Positions 23,672 through 36,289 of a stretch of DNA of 64,000 bases are shown one piece after another. A model generated the notes under the pieces. That model saw only the letters and a list, made by a program, of their open reading frames with translations. It had not been told where the DNA came from and ran no database searches. The translations under genes were made by a program, and so were the position numbers. The stretch covers positions 16,430,001 through 16,494,000 of the forward strand of contig CP075494.1 of the NCBI GenBank assembly GCA_021613535.1, given 5' to 3'. This DNA comes from Adineta vaga (taxonomy: Eukaryota; Animalia; Rotifera). Positions within the stretch are counted from its first letter, which is position 1. The number at the start of each line of letters is the position of its first letter.

Positions 23672-24696
23672 TCATCGATATTTTTGAGTTTTTGGTCCAT
23701 ATCTCGGTTTGAATTGGTTGAATTTCGATCGTTTCGGTGATCGAATGAAAAGTCTCGATTGTGTTTGCTTCCACGACACTTGTTGACCTTTGGAGTTCGT
23801 TTCTAACAATGTTGTATCATGTGTAGTATCTTCTAATAGATCAGAAGTATCGGAATCAGTAGATGAGGTAAATCCAAGGAGTTCCCTAATTATATCTGAT
23901 TTTCCCATACGTGGAGGTCCAAAAATAAGAATATTTATATGCCGTAACTGGTCTTCGTTGTTATTTTTTTTTGTATGAACAATACACGTGAACTTTTCCG
24001 ATGAAAAATACTTTGAAAATTTATCGAAAGACGCATGAAATCATCTTTGAAAATTTGCGAACCTATGTGTTTATTCAGTTCAATTATTTGTAATAATTGA
24101 TTCGGAGAATTTTTGAAAAATAAAGGAAAAACGTATTCGTCTAAAATTGTATATGTATGATATAGAAATCGTGAACTAAATGAATTTCCATACGAGAAAA
24201 TTGCCGAGATTAATGAGAAAGTCGATTGAATTGTTTGATAATCATTTAAATCATATTCATGTTTAGTAAGAGCGAGAATAAATGCTGCAGTTGTATTATG
24301 AACATCATAATTATTATTTGTTTGACGATATGAAATTCGTTGTTCTTTTATTTTATTCGTCAAAGGATTTAATAAACGTATATTCGATGAACTTAGAAGA
24401 GGTGATGGAAATAAATTTATACAAAGATAATCGAATAATTCAAGTACATTTAATATATTCTCATGTTTTGATAATTTCTTAAATAAATCATATGGTTTTC
24501 CAGTTTTAATTGAATGTAAAATTGGCATAAACCAATTGTAACATATTGGATAATGTAAGAGATATTCATTTTGATGTCTTACAAGTGCAAATAAATATGG
24601 AATACGAATAAGTTCTTGTTTAGTTAGATGAACAACTTTATCAGATATTTCAAAACGAAATTTGAAGATAATTTGTTTATCCAGGTCCATCAGCAT
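23672..24696 (-). CDS. Hypothetical protein with BTB/POZ-like N-terminus; C-terminus possibly frameshifted into ORF 23672-23908
   Basis: 253-aa ORF with ..LTKQELIRIPYL..VLELFDYLCI pattern; the adjacent same-strand ORF ends in a basic tail. Confidence 0.45.
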
Positions 24697-25002
24697 TCAA
24701 TATTGTCCTTTTAAGAATAACTTTTTTAAATAACGATTTGTTGAAAAACGTTAAAAATGTAAATGTAAAGAAAAAGACATGTTTTTCATCTTATCTTCAC
24801 TTTTCAAACAACGTCCGACCGAGCTGTTTTCTCTTTTTTTATTCTTATCTTTGTTATCACATGATAAAAACAAGGAAAAAAACCTTTTCCAAAGCAAAAG
24901 CTTAAGTCATCGACGAACTTTCATCTTAAAGAAAAAATAGATGTTATTGAACTATAAGGCGTAAGCGAGTTCGACATTAGCAGAGCATAACTGAATAAAA
25001 GA

Positions 25003-25064
25003 TGGGTGTGGGTATTGGTGAAAGAAGACAGGAGCACTCACACCCACACCCACACTCTCACCCA
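25003..25064. repeat. Telomere-repeat palindrome, spacer class B
   Basis: TGGGTGTGGGTATTGG-TGAAAGAAGACAGGAGCACTCA-CACCCACACCCACACTCTCACCCA. Confidence 0.85.
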
Positions 25065-25258
25065 AATTCGTTCGCTCGGCTTTTATCTTTATTTGTAGAT
25101 CATCGAGTTGACTTCGTCTGTTCTATACACTCAAAAGATAAGAGAAAGAAAGAAAGAAAATCAAAGAAAATAGAGAGAAGTAACATGTGCACACGATCAT
25201 TTCGTTTAGTATTACATACTAATACATCATAACGTTTGTTATTTAACGCAATCATACA

Positions 25259-26933
25259 ATGTTCGTTTTTCTATTGATTTTTTTCGTCATTCTATGGCTG
25301 ATATACATAAAACTGAAATATTTTACACTTCGTGGTCCAGTGCCTGGTCAATCACCAAATTTATTTTTTGGAAATCTAATTCAATCAGGTGCATTATTTG
25401 GTTCCAAGTCACTTCCTGAAATATATATATCTTTCAGAGAACGTTTTGGTGATATTCATCTCTATTGGATGGCTTTTACTCGATTTACTGCCGTGCATAA
25501 TCTTGATGATATTCAATATATTTTTAGTCACCGAAATATATATGATCAAGGAGCAGTATTTTTGGAAAAATTCGGCATTCTACTTCCTGATAGTATTATT
25601 TGTAACATAGGTGACGTCTTTATTCTCATTCTAGTTCTATTAAAGACTAATTCATTATGTTATTTAGGAGCCAAATTCAAACGACATGGTGCAATCACTA
25701 TGCCGTTATTCCGCCGTACTAAAATTCTATCGAATATAAATATAATGCTTGACACTACTGACAAACTATTAGATAGATGGCGTACTCTATCATCTGAACA
25801 CGTGCATATGGATATTGTTGAACAATGTCAACATCTTCTACTTGGAATGTTTGGAATGATCGCTTTTGATTACGATTTGGAAACACTTAATGAGAATCAT
25901 TCAACCAAGCAGAATGAACTTACTGAAGCTCTAAAACACATCATGAGTATGTTTCGAATGATTATTTATACACCTAGTATCATCTCGACTACTTATTTAA
26001 AATGGAGTCCTCGATATCAACGAGCACGTGCTACCATCGAACGATATCTAAATAACATGGTCGAACAAGAATTAACAGAAACTTCAGACTCAAGAGCAGA
26101 GCGAAAAAAAATTTCATTGATCGCTTCACTAGTTAGTTCATTGCAAAACGATGAAAAAGCAGAAGCAGCAAAAAAAGACGAAGAAAGAAAAGGTAAACTT
26201 GATTGCTCATACTGACAGACTGTTATCAAGAAAGACACCAAAAATGTGAAGAAATGACAATGTAAATTTGGTCTTGAACTTGTAATATTTTTTGTTGTTG
26301 TTGATAGGTATATCCCGAAAAGAACTTTTTGATGAAATGCTTATGTTTTTAATTGCTGGATATGAAACAACGTCTACTGCTCTTGCTTGGTGTATTTATC
26401 AGCTAAGTAAACATTCTCGAGTTCAAGAAAAGATTAAGAAAGAACTGATCGATGATAATACAGGACAATATTTGTCATGGGATTGTCTCGATTCACTTAT
26501 TTATTTGGATTGTTTTATTAATGAAGTCCTTCGTTATTCTCCAACAATTGATGGGACCAGTCGTACAGTGCTTGTCGATGATTGTCTTCCAAAAAGTGCT
26601 ACTCGAGTCTACAAAGGTGACCAAATACTTATTCCCACATCTGCTATTAGTCGAGACAGTCGCTACTGGAAAATCGATCCTAATCTATTCTATCCCGAAA
26701 GATTTCTTAATGAAGATAAAAATCATCATCCATATGCATTTCTACCATTTGGAAGTGGTCATCGTCAATGTATTGGACAAGATTTAGCTCGATTGGAACT
26801 TAAAATAATTCTCGCTCGTATGCTACAACAAGTGACATTCGGTGATGGTGGTCCTGAACTTAATAAAGGCGGGTGCATTCAAAAACTAACTATTGTACCA
26901 AAACATGTTGCCGTTACTATTCAATTCAACTGA
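25259..26933 (+). CDS. Cytochrome P450 (3 exons)
   Basis: N-terminal anchor and PGP-like hinge, I-helix AGYETT, EVLR, PERF, heme motif FGSGHRQCIG; introns 25611-25667 and 26193-26307. Confidence 0.93.
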
Positions 26934-27496
26934 TACATTAAAAAATGAGTTTTTTTTCTATCACTCATTTTTGTACTTCTCAATTATTTGAAGAACATAA
27001 AAATCTTCAATTCAATAATGCGCTGCTCAATAGCGAGAGATTATCCTTATCTCTGTGTAAAAAAGAATAGTTGGTTGTGTTTAAGACAAGATTTTACTCG
27101 ATTTTTATGATTCTTGTCAGGAATCTCAAGTGTCAAATGAACACAGTCAGAAAAATAAAGTGTGAAAACACATTGTCTACAACATAAAAAATATTTTCAT
27201 TATCTACACGATCAACATAAATAATCGCAATCCCAATTATGTTGACCTAGGTGTGAAATCGATCGATTTTATTATATGTCTAAACTTTCAACGTTTCTGC
27301 TACAAAAGTATACTTCGTTCCCTGCTTATTGATCTGTTTATGACAGTTTATTAGAATCTCATTAGTTTCTTATCAAAAACAAAATTATCTTGGTTTTTTC
27401 ATCTCTGATTAACAAACCGGTGTTTCGCGCTTGTTTGACATCAAAAACTGAAGAAAGTGCGTTTCGTTACCTATACCTCAAACATACAGTATTATC

Positions 27497-28483
27497 ATGT
27501 CTTCGTCCATTGACATACTCGCCACAATGCAACTAGTACAAAAGTATTTATATGAATTTGGTAGTCCAGTATTGATATTTATCGGTACCATCGGTTGTAT
27601 ATTAAATTTATTTGTATTTAATCAAAAGAATCTAAGAAAAAGTCCATGCTCAGTCTATTTTGTTGCCCATCATTTTGCTAATTTTGTGTTCATTTATTCT
27701 TCATTATTACCTACAACACTGAATCTAGGATATGGTATTGATTTTAGTACACGTCATATAATTATATGCCGAGTTCGACTTTACATTACCATTTTGTCCA
27801 ATGTTTTAAGCCCACTTTATTTAGTTTTCGCTTCTATTGATCGAGTTTTAATAACTTCACCAAATGCACTTACACGACGACGAAGTACTCGTCGTTTTGC
27901 TTACATTTGTATTATTATTGGAACATTGTTTTGGACATTTTTATATGCACCTATATTAGTTTTTGCAAATATTATACAAATTGGTCCGAATATATTTATT
28001 TGTTATTTCCAATCGAGTGTTTACTTTTCTCTCATAAGTTACTCCTCACTTTTCAAAGCAATAGCTGCACTTTCGTTAATGATCATATTTGGAATATGGT
28101 CTATCAAGAATATTCGACGTCTTGAACAAGTTAGACCTGTTGCTAGTCTATCTGCAACTACAGTGGTAGTAGACACTGTTCGACATTCTCATTCATCAAA
28201 AGATCGTCAACTTTGTTTTATATTACTGATTGATATCATCATCTATGCATTATTTAGTTTCTTGTTTACATTCTATCTTATCTATCAACAAATAACACAA
28301 AATTACGTTAAGAATGCTGAGCGAACGCAGCTAGAAACCATTATTAGTAATATATGTCTGTTTAGTGGTACTATTCCATTTTGTATTAGTTGTTATGCAA
28401 ATTTCATCATATCGAAAACGTTTCGAAACGAAAGCAAGAAAATACTTTCATGTCAACATTGTTTTTGTATTCAGAGAATTTGA
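27497..28483 (+). CDS. Rhodopsin-like orphan GPCR
   Basis: Seven TM segments, IGCILN in TM1, SIDR in TM3, SKTFRNE helix 8; single exon. Confidence 0.88.
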   Translation: MSSSIDILATMQLVQKYLYEFGSPVLIFIGTIGCILNLFVFNQKNLRKSPCSVYFVAHHFANFVFIYSSLLPTTLNLGYGIDFSTRHIIICRVRLYITILSNVLSPLYLVFASIDRVLITSPNALTRRRSTRRFAYICIIIGTLFWTFLYAPILVFANIIQIGPNIFICYFQSSVYFSLISYSSLFKAIAALSLMIIFGIWSIKNIRRLEQVRPVASLSATTVVVDTVRHSHSSKDRQLCFILLIDIIIYALFSFLFTFYLIYQQITQNYVKNAERTQLETIISNICLFSGTIPFCISCYANFIISKTFRNESKKILSCQHCFCIQRI

Positions 28484-29021
28484 ATTATTTATATCCTACT
28501 AATAGCTGCATTGTTGTCGTGTCGTATGTTGTTTGTTTAAATAAAAAAAGAAAATGAAAAAAAAATTTTAACTAATCTAATTCTATTCCAATGCTTCTAT
28601 ATTGAAGAGAAGTACTTTCTTCTAGAATTTTGTCTGTTTCCAAACTAATATAATTCTCTCTTCATCTAAAATCATATCGTCTAGATAGAGAGACTTTAGA
28701 TGTGATTGAAATAGTTGTTCTTATATATTCTAAGTTAAAACAATTAAAATTCTCCATTTGCTTAGATAGATTAACCTGAATAAAAATTGAAAAGAATAGA
28801 TTTTTAGTATATGTTCTAACATATCCATACAAAGAATATAGTACATATCATATATTTTCCCCAATTGAACGATTTCTTTTTTCATATAAAATGTTCTTCG
28901 AAGTGTCACAGAATAACTGTTACTTCTTCTCCTCATTGATAAAAACTGTTCTGTTTATGACATTTTGTATCTATCTACTTGTTTCATATTGAAAAGAATG
29001 GAAAAATATTCACGCAACACA

Positions 29022-29290
29022 TGACAGTTTATTATAATTTCGTTAGTTTCTTATCAAAAACAAGATTATCGTTGTTTTTTCATTTACCGAATACTCGCTA
29101 CAATGCAATTAGTACTAAAATATTTACATCAATTTGGTGATCCCATATTGATGCTTATCGATAATATCGATTTTATGTTGATTCTAATTGTATACAAACT
29201 TGCTAATTCTGCATAAATTTATTCTTCATTATTATCTATAACACTGAGTCTATAGGATATAGCATTAATTCAAGTACACAGAATCTAATA
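29022..29290 (+). pseudogene. Decayed tandem duplicate of the upstream region and N-terminus of the 27497 GPCR
   Basis: 29022-29085 resembles 27341-27404; then ILATMQLVLKYLHQFGDPILM versus ILATMQLVQKYLYEFGSPVLI; deletions and stops follow. Confidence 0.8.
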
Positions 29291-29351
29291 GATATGGATT
29301 TGCGTGATATCCACGTCTCTCATATCTACAATCAGATCCACCCACACCCTA
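29291..29351. repeat. Telomere-repeat palindrome family, degenerate
   Basis: Right arm ATCCACCCACACCCTA is retained; left arm is decayed (GATATGGATTTGCGTG). Confidence 0.45.
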
Positions 29352-30240
29352 AAAAAAAACTTTATCGTTTAAAATGCTCTGATGATTTCCACACATTGTA
29401 GCAGAGTGAAGGTGAAGCTGAGACTGGTGTTCAAATGTACTACCTTCATCCGAAGCTCCACACACAGACGATCTCTATCTATGTCACAAATTTCAGACGT
29501 ATTCCAAGTTTATAAGCAAATATTAGCAGAAAATACTCGAATCCACTGTCTTTTACTGACGTAAGAAGAGATTAGTGTAATGACGTCTATATGCAATGCT
29601 TTCTCTCCTTCTGTTAAGCTTTTGATGAGATATTTTCAGAATGTTGAGATGATAATTTTACCCAATCAGACTAAGACACCATTTTGAATCAGTATGTTCC
29701 CTATAATAATTTATTATATCACTATATTTTGCTATTATCTGAAATTTTCCCACCAATTATTCATTTTTTGAAATTCAGAAATTCTTTGTACAGAAAAGTG
29801 CGTGAGCATAGTTTTGTTTCTATAATTTTTTTCTCTCAATCAATAATGATATGAACTTAAATTGTGCGCATATGACTTTTATCAATGTGGATAAACATTT
29901 TTTTCTACTGGATTTAATTCTTAAATACATAATAAATATATTTTTTATTTATGCGACATATGATATTATTTTTCATTAAAATTTTTACTTTTTGTCTAAG
30001 AGAATATGAAGTAACACAAATTTTGATTTCCATCAAAACATTCTCCGAAACTTCGATTGAAAATGAGTGATTCTAGTCGTATCTGTGTGAAAAACACGTT
30101 CTGATTACTATTGAGTTTTAAAATATCTGGTGAGAACATTCCTTTCATTTACCGTTTTCTATTTTATTAATGATAATAAAATCAATTTTGTTTTTATAAA
30201 AAGTACAACAACTTGTGATCACCATTACTTGTGAAATACA

Positions 30241-31939
30241 ATGATTTCAATTGAGAATTTCAAATTATGTTTAATTCTCTCTGTGATTCGACTATTGTCA
30301 GGTAAATAAAAAATCTGATACTTTACTTCTTGTTTATAATACGATAAATAATCTTGAAAATTTCATGAAGGTTTATCATTTAATCAACCAAAATTTTGCG
30401 CATCAGCAAGTTGGAACAGGCCTGGAATAAAGTTTGCAAAAATGCCTGACTTAATTCCATATTCTATATTTATTACAACTAATAACTCAATTTATATTGG
30501 TGGAGATGAATTATCTGGTATTTATGTTTCATTCAATTACTTGATTAAACTCACGAAAATTATGTCACCCACTCCAATCAACACAAAGTCAATTTTTGTT
30601 CTAAATGATAATGAAATTTATGTTCAAACACTCTTTCCCGAACCTAAAATTATCAGATGGATATTGAATATAAATATTCAGATTCCTGTTACGGATATTC
30701 CTTATTTCTTTTATGCTCTTTTTATTGATATTAACAACTATCTATAATATTCATTAAATGTTTTTAATAAAGTTATGAAAAAATACATTCCCAAAAGATG
30801 GAAAACTATGCACGCCACAGATTTAGGATCATCCTTATTCTTCAACGATATTTTTTATTGGGACGATTTTTTCCAGAGACAATGATTATGTCGGTCAATA
30901 CTTTCGTTTAAATCGAGTAGAAAGCATGATAAGCAGACACAAGTCGCTTCTCCTGAAGTGGTTGCGCTTTGTTGAGTCACAAAAGAGGAATAATACACTC
31001 TCCTCCTTCGATTTTTCTCCCTTTTCTTATGCTTCTTCGTCTGTTCTATTCCTACTTGTTTCTCCCTTTTCAAGATTTTATACTTTTTCTTTTCTTTTTT
31101 TCTTCCTTCTGTTCTTTTCTTAAACCCTTCTATCTCCAAAGTGTACAATAACACATGTTAACTGATACAGTGCCAGACTAGAATACGCGTTGCATTCATG
31201 TAGCTTCGAACTTAATACTTTACTCAATTTTATACTCCTACCTGTATACTCTTCTGTAAGCACTTCCGAGTGTAACAGTTAAAGCACAATAAAAAAAATG
31301 GAACGACATATTTTAATCTTTCATGATACATGGATTTCTAATCGACGAGGTCGTTCTCTTTTTCAGTATTTACCTTTATTAATTCTTCTAGGATATATTT
31401 TTATAGTCTATATAATTGTTACTTTCTTTTTACCTTGTGAAAATGTTTATATGTACACTGTACTTGTATGTGGAGCTTCACCATGTTATCAATCTTATGG
31501 AATTTATGGTTTGCGGGAATTTATTGGAAGTAGTCGTTTACCAATTCTTTTAGAAGGAATTTTTAGTGTGACTCTTGTGATACGTATTTATCAACAAAAA
31601 CAACGTCTTCGTCAATCGAATCGATGGTCGAAACAAAGACGAATGATTATTCAATTAAATTTAGTATCAGGATTCGATGTTATTTTAAATACACCGAATT
31701 TTTTCATTCCACTTCTTCGTCGATTTGGATTTTCACCTTCTTTTGGTATTGAACCAGAACTTTATTTCTTTTATTTAGGCCATTTCGTTGTATTTCTCTT
31801 TCCATTTGCTTCGTTATGTCAACATCTAGATTTACGGAAAATAATCAAACAAAAACTATTCATTATATATCAACATTCGCATCGAACAGCTGTTGTTGTA
31901 CCTGCAATAACAGTCTTACCAGGAAAAATACATGAATAA
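30241..31939 (+). pseudogene. Disrupted NHL-like/7TM receptor gene
   Basis: Signal-peptide-like exon, then LSFNQPKFCASASWN and an NHL-like blade with an in-frame TAA at 30745; unrelated sequence follows, then only the TM3-TM7 half of a GPCR (ERHILIFH...). Confidence 0.6.
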
Positions 31940-32105
31940 ATTCATTAAAGTTTCACTCAATGCAAAACAAAAATATTTATATAGATAAAATACATCTTAA
32001 ATAATCCTTGGCGAAATATTTTATCATCAAATGAAATTATAGAAGACCAAATATACAAAAAATAACATTGTATAGTTAATTGATGATTGTATTTACTTAG
32101 AATTA

Positions 32106-32159
32106 ATTTGAGGATGTAGGTACTCTTATCTGCTGTCACCCACACCCACACCATCATAT
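32106..32159. repeat. Telomere-repeat palindrome
   Basis: ATTTGAGGATGTAGGT-ACTCTTATCTGCTGTC-ACCCACACCCACACCATCATAT. Confidence 0.75.
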
Positions 32160-32479
32160 CTATACCTTTGAAAAGTTTCTACGTTAAAATGTAAGAGAAA
32201 ATTGAGATGAAAATTTATGAAATGTATTCAGATTAAATAAAATGACATATATGATTCTTTGTTGATTCAAATAAAACGTAGTTTTATCGTTCGATCAGTG
32301 GCAAGAACACGCAAAATCATACAAAGAAAAATTAAACTGATTACGATATTTTTTGTTTCTCATCAACTGAGATTAAATTAATATTATAAACATTTTTATT
32401 TCAATATAAATTACTTTTGCCATCATCAGATATTTAATGCTGTTTGTTACATATCTCATTTCAACATCTCTAATTCTAT

Positions 32480-35114
32480 TCAATGAATACTGAATAGTTG
32501 AACACGATGATTGTTTTTATCAGTGACATACATATTACCACTATTATCAAACGATAAACCCTTGGGTTCATTAAGTTGGTAAGCATTTTCTCCTTGTCCA
32601 TGTCCTCCTGCAATAAGCTCACCTTCATGTGCTCCTTTACGCCATCGTATCACTCGATGATTTTGAGAATCTGCAACATAGATGGTACCTTCTTTGTCGA
32701 CAATTATTCCACTAGGGTACCATAGATGTGCTAAATCCTCTCCAGCATGTTGACCTCCTGCTACAAGAGTTCCTTCTTTGGCATCTTTTGTCCATTTCAT
32801 AACTCGATGATTTTCATGATCTGATATGTAAATTGCTTGTTCAGAATCAACGAAAATATAGAGAGGAGTGTTAAACTGATCGTTAAGTTTACCTTGTCCG
32901 TTTCCACCTGCTATAATCATTCCTGATGTCATCTTTTCTCCTCTTTTATAATATCGTACTGCATGTTTCTCAATATCAGTAATATAGAGAGATCCTTCAT
33001 CATCTATTGTTAATCCCCAGCAAAGAATGTTGTCCACTATTGTTTCTGCAGAGTTGATCATATTGTTACAAGAAAGTCGAATTACTCGTCGTTTTCCATT
33101 ATCACTAATAATAAAACAATTCTGTTCTTTGTCGATAACTAAATCGCTTGGTTTAAATAATCCTTCCAATTCATTTCTATTTTCACCAATCACTATACGA
33201 CCTTGTACCTCATTCTGTTTCCATTCCATAATACGATCATTGCACCAATCAGCAATATATACTACTCCATCATCATTAACGATAAGTCCTTCTGGAAGAT
33301 ATAATTGATTCAATGCTTTACCTAGCCCATGCTTACCAGCAAAAGTAATTCCATTTCTAGCCCATCGAGCATCTGGATGAATCGTTGGAATTCCTATTAA
33401 AAAAGAAAATATACATACTAAACATGAAGTACATTTCAAATTATTTTATTTTATTATTAATAACATTATCCGAAAAATGCTTTAATCTATTGTTCTTTAC
33501 GTTCAGATATCCTCCTCTATCCTAGATGACTCTATGTCGAATATAAAGTAAGCTGAACATATCATAATAAGAACAGTAATAAAAATACTTTTCTATTTAT
33601 AGGCATTACATTATACGTACTTGATTTGATACTATAGGATGGTGTATTTGTTTGTTGAAACTCAAGTTCTTTTAGTTTCCATTGCACACTAGCATTATAA
33701 GCACAATTTTGACTTTCAATTATGGCAATATCTTCAAAAATCTTTAATCGTAATGCATTATTAGATTGAACTTCATCCAGAAAACGTAAATAGTATTTCT
33801 TAGCTAGATCATAATATCCCATCTGCCATAATAATTTTCCCAAGGTTTACAAAATTGTTACACCTTTTCCATTCTGTTTTTTCATATATTCAAGTACTTT
33901 TTGTACATCTAGATCATAATCATCACATAAACTCAATTCTATTATCCATTTAGATTCGACATCTAGATATACTTTAATCACACGAAAAATAGAACCAAAC
34001 ATAAATAATATTTCTTCTTCATCTGGATGTTTACTACGCTTACTAATATTAGCAAATGGTTTTGTATCTACCATGAAAGGATCAGCCTCAATCTCAAATA
34101 ATACAGAAACTGTATCATTAGATATTCCCAGAGCATTAGCAAGACCATTAGCCGTTAAACGATCCAAACTTGTTGACCAAAATGAATTGAGAGAAACGAG
34201 CTTGCCAATTCTATTTTTGAGAGCTTCTAATTCATTCTTTGATATACTTTGACCTCGATAAACTTTTACTGGATATTGCGATTGTAATTCATGTAACTGA
34301 TGATATATATCGAAAAGAAATGAACGCCATAGAAACATCATATGAATATCTCGTTGTCGTAATGCAGTATTTATAGTTTCATATACGAATGGTTCAGCAG
34401 TGTACCACTTTATTATTTTATCAGGTGAATAAGTATCATGAAAAGTGCGAAGACGCTTGATCATTATGGTGTTATTTTCGTACTTCTTTTCCAAGTAAGA
34501 CATTAACTCATATATATCTTTTTTATTTGGTTTCATCCGTTGAAGACAATCGATAAGTGTTTGAAGAAAAACAAATTCACCTGCAACTTCTAAAGTTGAA
34601 TCACCTGCACTTACAGTAAATAAATTCTTCGGTGATGAATCTTCTTCTTGTTTGTGAATTCTAATGTTGAGACAAATTATTGAAATAAAATAATTAATTT
34701 TAGTAGTCGATATTTTAACCTAAATTGAAAAAGTAATTATGAAAAAATATCTGTTTATTATTTTACTTTGCCACATTGATCAAACGAGTGTTCATTAGCT
34801 TTGCTATTTGTATTATAAATCCAAATGAATGAAACTTGTTGAAGATTAACAATCAGGGGTATCAATTCGTTGCCTAGATGAATATTAATCAACACTGCTA
34901 TTCGATTATCTGCTGATAAATTTTCAATGTATTGTTGACATGATGTTGTATCTTGAAATTTAGTGAATTGTGTGATAGTATTACGTAATTTATCTTCTAT
35001 TTTCTGATTATTTTCTGATTTATCATCATCAAGCCAGATCAGATGAAATGATTTAAGATATTTTGCATCTATATTTGAATTAGATTTATTTGTTGATAGG
35101 GAAGACGTAGCCAT
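32480..35114 (-). CDS. R-S-E class mono-ADP-ribosyltransferase + TPR + NHL-repeat protein with one in-frame TAA (33847-33849)
   Basis: WYT..F.Y..IN.ALR, VYRGQ, FWSTS, DEEEILF; TPR-like LGKLLWQMGYYDLAKKYY; NHL repeats in 32480-33439; receiver-like LIWLD N-terminal exon. Confidence 0.85.
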
Positions 35115-36289
35115 GTTATTAGATGATCTGAAATATTAATACATTAGATACAGTAAATGAGTTAACTGATCGAATTAGACATCTTCAAATTATTAAATAA
35201 ACACTCGATTATCGTTTAATTTTTTATTTACATCAAGTCTGTCAGATTATCCGCACTTTTTTGAAAATTTTTTGAATTTTGAAGATTTCTTTGATTGTTT
35301 TCCGAAAATGTTTGAATTCTTGAGCATTTTTAAATCTCTTGTCATTTGAATTATTGTCATGTCGAAGTTACAACTTCAACAAAAGATCTAATTTCTGCGC
35401 GATATATATGAAGATTCTCTTTGATGAAATAGATTTCGCTGAAAAGGTATATCTCCGTCACCCTCATCTATCTTCAAGATACGATACTTGTGATAAAAAG
35501 AAGAAAAAAAACGTTTTTCTGTTACTTAGTTTTTGAAGGGTAAAAGAGATCCTTACGAAGTTGAGAAGAAATTAGTCACATAAATAGAGATCACATATTC
35601 TCAGTATGAACATAGTGTGACTGAAACTGCTGGGTGTGAATTATAAAAGTTTTCCACTCAAATAGTTTGGATAAAATATGATCTCTATAATTTTTGTCCT
35701 TATATTAATCTGTTATATGATTCAAGATCACTGTATGTTCATTCTCTTGATATTTTAAGACATTTCCAATTGATGATTAAAAGAAAAATTCACATTAGTC
35801 CTGATTACTAAGCTTAAAAAAAAAGAAAATTCCAACATTACCACGTGATTCAATGTTGTAAGATAGTAATATTTATTTGCGTCCCATAAAATATTCTCTT
35901 TGGTTTTATTTAATACAAGATAAAGTTCTTTCTCTGAAAGAATGAAAGAGGATAGGTACGTTTTAATAATAACAGGTAGTTGTTGTAAATAGCGCAGTAT
36001 TTTTCAAAAAAGAAAGAATGAAAATGTCAACAAATATTTTGAGTTAAGTTGGAAAAAAAAGCTTTATATAATAGTTCTTATTAATCACTTTATTGATCAT
36101 ACCAATATCAAATAAGATTGTTAATAATGTGCTGTTTACTCTAATTCACCTTTTTCAGTCCAACACTTCATCTACTTCATGCACTCATGGTAAAAAGTTC
36201 TCTATATTTCAACTTTTGTGTTCATATTTTAACTTTAGGTATTTTTTAAATAGATTAGAAAATTCTTTCTAGATCATTAAAAAGACTAA

